A stretch of 31,916 bases of DNA from Gemmatales bacterium (GTDB lineage: Bacteria > Planctomycetota > Planctomycetia > Gemmatales > HRBIN36), in assembly GCA_041640595.1 (NCBI GenBank), contig JBEPZY010000011.1:1-31916 (forward strand), in the 5' to 3' direction. The notes beneath the pieces are model-generated. The model was not told the origin of the DNA. It made no database searches and saw nothing but the letters and a program-made list of their open reading frames with translations. Made by a program: the position numbers and the translations under genes. This document shows, one piece after another, positions 26,403 to 31,916 of the stretch. Numbering within the stretch: position 1 is the first letter of the stretch; every line of letters starts with the position of its first letter.

Positions 26403-27158
26403 TCAATACGTGGCGCGGCCGCCGCTGACATCGTAACACTGGCCGGTCACGAAACTGGCTTCGCGGCTGGCCAGGAAATGCACCACAGCGGCCACTTCTT
26501 CGGGCCGACCCACACGCCCCATCGGAATCCGCGACGCCATGTAGTCAATGGTCGCTTGCGGTAAGCCAGCGAGAATTGGCGTCTCGATAACCGCGGGCGA
26601 GACCGCGTTGACTGTGATGTCGCCCTTTTGCACCAACTCTTTCGCCAGCGATTTCGTCCAGGCAATCAGGGCCGCTTTGCTCGCGGAATAAGGCCCCAGC
26701 GTCGGATTGCCTTCTTTGCCAGCGATGGAGGCGATGTTGACGATGCGGCCGTAACCCTGTGCCAGCATGCCAGGAATGACCGCCTTGGCCAGCAGTACCG
26801 GGCCAATGAGGTTGACGGCGAACACCTGCTCCCAGTCCGTTCGCTCCAATTCCCAGCTGCGTGCCGCTCGTCCGGTAATGCCGGCGTTGTTGACCAGGAT
26901 AGTGATGCTGCCCCAGTTGTCCCGGATAGTGCGCACGGCCCTGGCAATATCTGTTTCGCTGGTCACATCGCCGGGCAGCGCCAGTCCGCCGATGCTCGCC
27001 GCGACCTGTTGAGCTTTCTCGCCATTGCGGTCGAAAATGGCGACGCGGGCACCCGCTGAGGCCAAGCGCCGGCAAATGGCTTCGCCAATTCCCTGAGCGC
27101 CGCCGGTAACCAGCGCTACCTGTCCATGCAAATCAAAAAAGCGTTCGCTGCCCGGCAT
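26403..27158 (-). CDS. SDR family oxidoreductase (FabG-like)
   Basis: Motifs TGGAQGIG, NNAG, SIAGKEGNP, YSASK and C-terminal DVSGGRATY. Confidence 0.92.
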   Translation of the reverse strand: MPGSERFFDLHGQVALVTGGAQGIGEAICRRLASAGARVAIFDRNGEKAQQVAASIGGLALPGDVTSETDIARAVRTIRDNWGSITILVNNAGITGRAARSWELERTDWEQVFAVNLIGPVLLAKAVIPGMLAQGYGRIVNIASIAGKEGNPTLGPYSASKAALIAWTKSLAKELVQKGDITVNAVSPAVIETPILAGLPQATIDYMASRIPMGRVGRPEEVAAVVHFLASREASFVTGQCYDVSGGRATY

Positions 27159-27246
27159 GATCATTCCCCTTGGCGTTGCCGCTTCTCGACAATAGACCTG
27201 TGATACGCGAGTCAGGATAGCATTTAGCGTAGGGAAAGGGCAGAGC

Positions 27247-27942
27247 ATGAGCAGAGCTGGGCGAGTCATCGTCATTACTGGTGCGACGCGCGGGCTGGGG
27301 CGGGCCATGACCGAAAAATTCGTAGCTCTGGGGCACCGGGTTGCCGGCTGTGGTCGGTCGGCACAACACGTTCGGGAACTTCAGGAGCGTTACGGCCCGG
27401 CCCATCTGTTTTCGGTGGTGGACGTTCGTGATGATCGCCAGGTGGCCAACTGGGCTCGTGAGGTGCTGGAAAAATTCGGCCCACCCGATCTTCTGCTGAA
27501 CAACGCCGCCGTCATCAACCGCAACGCTCGCCTCTGGGAAATCCCTGCTGAAGAGTTCGACGCGGTCGTGGACATCAACATCAAGGGCGTGGTCAACGTG
27601 CTCCGTCATTTTCTGCCGGCAATGGTGCAACGTCAGGCGGGTGTCATTGTCAATTTCAGCTCGGCCTGGGGCCGATCGACATCTCCGGAAGTCGCACCGT
27701 ACTGCGCGACGAAGTTCGCCATAGAAGGATTGACCAAAGCACTCGCGCAGGAATTGCCGAGAGGAATGGCAGCTATCCCGCTCAATCCCGGCATCATTGA
27801 CACGGACATGCTCCGCAGTTGTTTCGGCTCCAGCGCTGCTTCTTATCCATCTCCGGAAGAATGGGCGGAGCGTGCCGTACCGTTTCTGCTGCAACTCGGC
27901 CCGAAAGATAACGGCCGATCGCTTTCCGTTCCTGGCGGCTAA
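27247..27942 (+). CDS. SDR family oxidoreductase (pterin aldehyde reductase-like subfamily)
   Basis: Motifs TGATRGLG, NNAA, SSAWGRS, YCATK, LNPGIIDTDML.SCFG and DNGRSLSV. Confidence 0.9.
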   Translation: MSRAGRVIVITGATRGLGRAMTEKFVALGHRVAGCGRSAQHVRELQERYGPAHLFSVVDVRDDRQVANWAREVLEKFGPPDLLLNNAAVINRNARLWEIPAEEFDAVVDINIKGVVNVLRHFLPAMVQRQAGVIVNFSSAWGRSTSPEVAPYCATKFAIEGLTKALAQELPRGMAAIPLNPGIIDTDMLRSCFGSSAASYPSPEEWAERAVPFLLQLGPKDNGRSLSVPGG

Positions 27943-28026
27943 GCAGCAGCGACGAACATCGCGTCGCCCAGGAAAACAAGAGCGAGCAGCATCGGCCCAG
28001 CGTAGCATACGGCGACCGGCTTTGCG

Positions 28027-29406
28027 TCAGCGGTAATCTTCCGCCCGCAACGACACGCAGATGATTTCCTTGTCGTTGCGGACGAACATGCAGCGGTGTG
28101 CAAATGCCGGATGCACCCACACAACCTCCCGACCCATCGCCGTACCGGTTGGTTCGATCACTTTCGTGCGGCAAATCTCCTCGTACCCTTTGGGCGTCAG
28201 GCGTGCCAGGATTAGCTCCCCTTTCTCGTTGAACAGGAAAAATCGGTCGCCGTGCGGGATGAGGAAAGCGTTGGCCCAGCGGGCCGGGCGGTCGCCGGTC
28301 GTCGCCGCCAGCGTCTCCCACAACCGCTCTCCGGTATCCGCTTTCAGGCACCGCAATTGTCCGTAACTGCAAACGCCGTAAATATGGCCGTCCTGAAGCA
28401 CCGGCGTGGGAATGATGGAATGCAGGCCGTCCGTCTTTTTCTCGCTTTCGCTTTTACCTCGCCACAACACCGACGCAGCCGGGCGGTCATCGTCGAGGCG
28501 CAGCATCATCGGCCCATTGTAAAACGCGGTCACGAATAGCAGGTTTCCCATTTTCCGCGGCATGGGAATGGACAGGCCGGCACGAATGCGAAACGGTTGC
28601 CGCCAGTACACTCGTCCCGTTTCCGGATCAAGACTCTCGACAGCCTCGGGATGCCAGATGATCAGCTGCCGAACTCCGGCATGTTCATAAATGACCGGTG
28701 GACAGTAGCCAGGTTCGCTGGCCGAAAGACTCCGCCAGATTTCCTTGCCAGTCATTTTGTCCAACGCGACCACCAGGCTGCCTTCGCCACCAGCCAGGGT
28801 AATGAGTTTGTTTCCGTCCACCAGCGGATGAGCGGCATAACCCCATAACGGCACCTCGCATTTGTACTCGACCGGCAATTCTTTGCTCCAGATCACCTTG
28901 CCCGTTGTTGTCTCCAGACAAAACAGGTGTCCCATGGCTCCGAGAGTATAGACGCGATCGCCATCCACGGTAGGCGTGCAGCGAGGCCCGGCCGGGTAGC
29001 TGATGCGGTAACGTGCCGGGTAACGATGCTCCCATAAAACTCGGCCCGTAGCTGCGTCCAGGCACAGCACGCGTTCAAATCCCGGCGTATCACCTCGAAC
29101 AAACGGACTGGCCGGGTCTCGCGCTCCGGGATTCTTTTGCCAGTCGGTTACGAAAACACGATCCCCGGCTACGGCTGGCCCGGCGTATCCCCCGTGAATC
29201 GGCGTTCGCCACAACACCTTCAGACCGGTGGGCGGGAATTTCTCCACGATGTTTTGTTCGCGCCAGACACCATCGCGTCGTGGGCCGAGCCATTGCGGCC
29301 AATCATCCCCGTAACTGCTGCAAACACCTGCCAGCACGGCCAGCACACTGGCCACAACTACCGCTCCCTGTCGCCTCATCCCCGGGTAAACGGTTTCCGC
29401 GCGCAT
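28027..29406 (-). CDS. PQQ-like beta-propeller repeat protein (BamB-like, planctomycete-expanded family)
   Basis: Signal peptide, DWPQWLGPRRDG, and repeated 'CLDAATGRVLW / ALDKMTGKEIW / CLKADTGERLW' blades. SD GGGAGG precedes the ATG at 29406. Confidence 0.9.
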   Translation of the reverse strand: MRAETVYPGMRRQGAVVVASVLAVLAGVCSSYGDDWPQWLGPRRDGVWREQNIVEKFPPTGLKVLWRTPIHGGYAGPAVAGDRVFVTDWQKNPGARDPASPFVRGDTPGFERVLCLDAATGRVLWEHRYPARYRISYPAGPRCTPTVDGDRVYTLGAMGHLFCLETTTGKVIWSKELPVEYKCEVPLWGYAAHPLVDGNKLITLAGGEGSLVVALDKMTGKEIWRSLSASEPGYCPPVIYEHAGVRQLIIWHPEAVESLDPETGRVYWRQPFRIRAGLSIPMPRKMGNLLFVTAFYNGPMMLRLDDDRPAASVLWRGKSESEKKTDGLHSIIPTPVLQDGHIYGVCSYGQLRCLKADTGERLWETLAATTGDRPARWANAFLIPHGDRFFLFNEKGELILARLTPKGYEEICRTKVIEPTGTAMGREVVWVHPAFAHRCMFVRNDKEIICVSLRAEDYR

Positions 29407-29437
29407 AGTGCCTCCCTCTCGTGCAAGCAAGCCGTTT

Positions 29438-30556
29438 TCACGCCTGCAAATTGGCGAGCAATTCTTTACGACGCACCAATCGCTGACCGCGACATTCGTC
29501 TATCTTCAACACCTGCAGTAACCGCTTGCGTAACGTCGAGCACAACTTTTCCACAGCGCTGGCAGAGCGACTGTTCAATGGAATAGCTCCGCCGGCACGC
29601 CGATCATGGCCGCCTGCGGTTCCCAAATCTCCCACTACCTGCTGCAACACTATCCCAGCTCGTCCACGGGCATGCCGCGTGCGCAGGGACAGGAGCAGTT
29701 TGTCTTCATAAACACCCGCACAAAACGACCATTCCATTCCTTCCAGCCGCATCAGCAGGTCTGCAATCTCCGCTGCTAACTCCGGTTGCGGCAATTCATC
29801 CGCCCAGGATAAAATCAACCGATCGTCATAGATAAACGTATCCTGCAATGCCTGCAGGAGTGCTTCGAAATAGGCCAGGGGCAGTGGCGCTGCACGAATG
29901 CGAGCCAGTTTGTCCTGATCCACGCGCGGGTAAAGCTGCCGCAGTGTTTCATCATCCAGAGGACTTGCTTCCCGCGGATAACCGCTTATCTCCGATTCGA
30001 TGCCATAGAACAAAGCCATAGCAACATCACTGCTGGGAACCAGGCCTTGCTCATTCAGGTAACTGGCCACAATTGTGCAAGTAGCTCCGACATCCGAACG
30101 GATATCCACAAAGGGAACGCCCCGCAACTGCCCGCCGGTTTCGTGATGGTCAATCACCCCGTAAATGGGCAGACCCTCCGGGATAGTATGCCGGCCCGTC
30201 CCCGGTTGACTGTCCACGATAATCACCGCCCAGAACGGCGACCAGTCCACCTGCTCAATGGGCACCAGTTCCAACTCCAGGCAATCCACCAGGGCTCGGT
30301 TTTCCGCCCGACCCAGGATGCCGTCGCGGGTCAGTTGCACCGGCATGCCCACCTTTTGCCGAATCAGCCAGGCCAGTGCGACCATGCTCCCCAGACTGTC
30401 CGGGTCGGGATTAACGTGCGACACCAGATGCACTCCTTTGTACTTCTCCAAACCCTGCAACAATCGTGAGGAAACACACTCCGCTGACCCGCTATTCTGA
30501 CCATTTCGAGCTTGGCCGTTGCGACTACCGTTCATCCCACGTTCCATAGATGCCAT
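29438..30556 (-). CDS. DHH/DHHA1 family phosphoesterase (NrnA-like)
   Basis: Motifs HVNPDPDSLGS, IVD, IDHH, GATCTIV, SLRT and GGHDRRAGG. Confidence 0.92.
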   Translation of the reverse strand: MASMERGMNGSRNGQARNGQNSGSAECVSSRLLQGLEKYKGVHLVSHVNPDPDSLGSMVALAWLIRQKVGMPVQLTRDGILGRAENRALVDCLELELVPIEQVDWSPFWAVIIVDSQPGTGRHTIPEGLPIYGVIDHHETGGQLRGVPFVDIRSDVGATCTIVASYLNEQGLVPSSDVAMALFYGIESEISGYPREASPLDDETLRQLYPRVDQDKLARIRAAPLPLAYFEALLQALQDTFIYDDRLILSWADELPQPELAAEIADLLMRLEGMEWSFCAGVYEDKLLLSLRTRHARGRAGIVLQQVVGDLGTAGGHDRRAGGAIPLNSRSASAVEKLCSTLRKRLLQVLKIDECRGQRLVRRKELLANLQA

Positions 30557-30693
30557 TCCTGCTGGTAATGCTGGTTATGACTATTTTATCACCGCCGGCA
30601 TTGCTTGCCAAACCTGGCCATGATAAGGCCGGACCAGAAATTTCGCCCTATGCAAAAAGCGACCACCCACGCCCATCGCTCAACGGCATATTC

Positions 30694-31323
30694 TCACGGC
30701 TTGGCCTTTTCCACCGAGCCCGTGGAACGGGTGAATTCCACCAACTCCAGAGATGTCTCCTGTTCGCCGATCTTAATGCTCACTTTCACGGGGCCCATAC
30801 CAGGAGCGTACCAGTATGTGGCGCTGAGCTTCTGGCTGCCCAGTTGCAAATTCTCCCCGCTTACTTTGAGACAGGCAAACTCGCCGGCACGTGTCGCCAC
30901 TTTTTCATCGGTGGCCGTTATGCTCAGCTTTCCCTCAATCGTCTTGTCTTTGACTTTCGCTTTGACCTCCCAGGAGTCCTTTGCCTTAGCCGGCCATTTG
31001 AGGACCGGTACTGGAGGCTCAATCGGCACGTCATTGGCTTTCAGCCGATAGATACCATCCGCACGCACCACAAGCACCTCGCTGGAAACCACTTGATTGC
31101 TCACACTGGTTTCGAGACGGAAACCTTCTTCGTTTCCCACTTTCTCACGCCGCACAACTCGGGTCAGGCTCTCGTTGCCGATATTGTTGACATAACGCCA
31201 GGCATTGCCTACTTCCAGCGGATAATAAGTCTGCCCTTCGCTCTTTTTCTCCTGGCCAATCACCCCAAGCGCTGCCAGGCATAAAGCTACCGGACAAAAG
31301 AGCCGACCAGCATTTCTCAGCAT
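30694..31323 (-). CDS. Hypothetical exported protein
   Basis: SD AGGAGG before the ATG at 31323, signal peptide, and the YYPLEVGNAWRY...EKVATRAGEF...WYAPGMGPVK pattern of a common secreted beta-sheet family. Confidence 0.82.
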   Translation of the reverse strand: MLRNAGRLFCPVALCLAALGVIGQEKKSEGQTYYPLEVGNAWRYVNNIGNESLTRVVRREKVGNEEGFRLETSVSNQVVSSEVLVVRADGIYRLKANDVPIEPPVPVLKWPAKAKDSWEVKAKVKDKTIEGKLSITATDEKVATRAGEFACLKVSGENLQLGSQKLSATYWYAPGMGPVKVSIKIGEQETSLELVEFTRSTGSVEKAKP

Positions 31324-31734
31324 CCGATTCCTCCTGTTTCCATCCACTTCAGGCAAAGCCATCTCGTTTTGCAGTCGGTCAAGCGAGGCGCATATCCCAG
31401 AATTTAGCCCCATCTTGGGCTTGCTTATTTTACAATTTTCCGTGCTCCTCGCAGCAGAGCCAGCCGGAACGCCGCTCGCGGGATTAGCCTGACGGCTTTG
31501 CCCGGCCCAATTGCGCTTTTCCTGCTCGCCTATCATACGAACATCAGACCGCCAACTCCAACCCCAATGTACTCCCTCATCCGCGCAACGTACCGCGCCA
31601 GCCGTTCACGGCAGTATATCAGTACCCGTTCCCCAACCGAGGCCAGAATTTACACGAGACCCTCTCGGCGATGCGCTGGCCAATTCAGGCAGCCGTGTCA
31701 GCTATCCGAGACAGTTATCCTGAATGGCCCAATG

Positions 31735-31916
31735 TCAATTAATCCGTTCGTTGCTGACGCGGTCGGTGAGCACGTCCTGATTGTTCAGCCGGAAGAACCA
31801 GTCCTGATCCCACCCACCCGTCAGCCGATCCACCGCATTGTCGAATATCACCTTCGTCGTGTTCAATGCCGGTACTCCCACTCCATTCAGCAACGCGCTC
31901 ACCCGCTGACTGTACG
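31735..31916 (-). CDS. C-terminal end of a large RTX/calcium-binding-like exoprotein (not in the ORF track)
   Basis: Minus-strand frame from 31914 reads YSQRVSALLNGVGVPALNTTKVIFDNAVDRLTGGWDQDWFFRLNNQDVLTDRVSNERIN*. The 'DxLTGGxxxDWFF...D..TD....E' tail is typical of planctomycete RTX-like surface proteins. Confidence 0.75.
   Translation of the reverse strand, partial: YSQRVSALLNGVGVPALNTTKVIFDNAVDRLTGGWDQDWFFRLNNQDVLTDRVSNERIN

Noticed and set aside
1..31916. tRNA, rRNA, tmRNA, riboswitch, reverse transcriptase/retron/DGR, prophage or restriction-defence genes
   Set aside because: No cloverleaf or T-loop signatures, RT motifs, phage structural genes or defence-family motifs were recognised by eye. 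An Infernal/HMM scan would be needed to exclude divergent cases.

Overview
A ~32 kb bacterial chromosomal segment, most likely from a Planctomycete (Gemmataceae/Gemmatales-like; inferred from gene repertoire and protein style, not from a marker gene). Both ends fall inside repetitive genes: a 93-bp tandem-repeat coiled-coil membrane protein on the left and the C-terminus of an RTX-like exoprotein on the right, so the window may be a whole contig. It holds mostly housekeeping and envelope genes: pyrF, leuC, a ligase-associated MBL exonuclease, an mlaE-mlaF-mlaD(MCE) operon, lexA, a GT4 glycosyltransferase, rpsU, two SDRs, a PQQ-like beta-propeller and a DHH phosphoesterase. There is also an SdpA/SdpB-like (DUF5819-like + HTTM) pair overlapping a UPF0261/Tm-1-like gene, a double zinc-ribbon/TM/trypsin protease, and a small decayed mobile patch at ~11.1-13.2 kb. 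I found no rRNA, tRNA, CRISPR array with cas genes, intact integrase or defence system. The most interesting signals are the precursor-less SdpAB-like module, the repeat/palindrome architecture upstream of lexA, the beta-layer repeat protein, a codon-conserved degenerate duplication in the mobile patch, and a low-GC block centred on a convergent gene junction. All family assignments are from motif recognition by eye; no database search was run.
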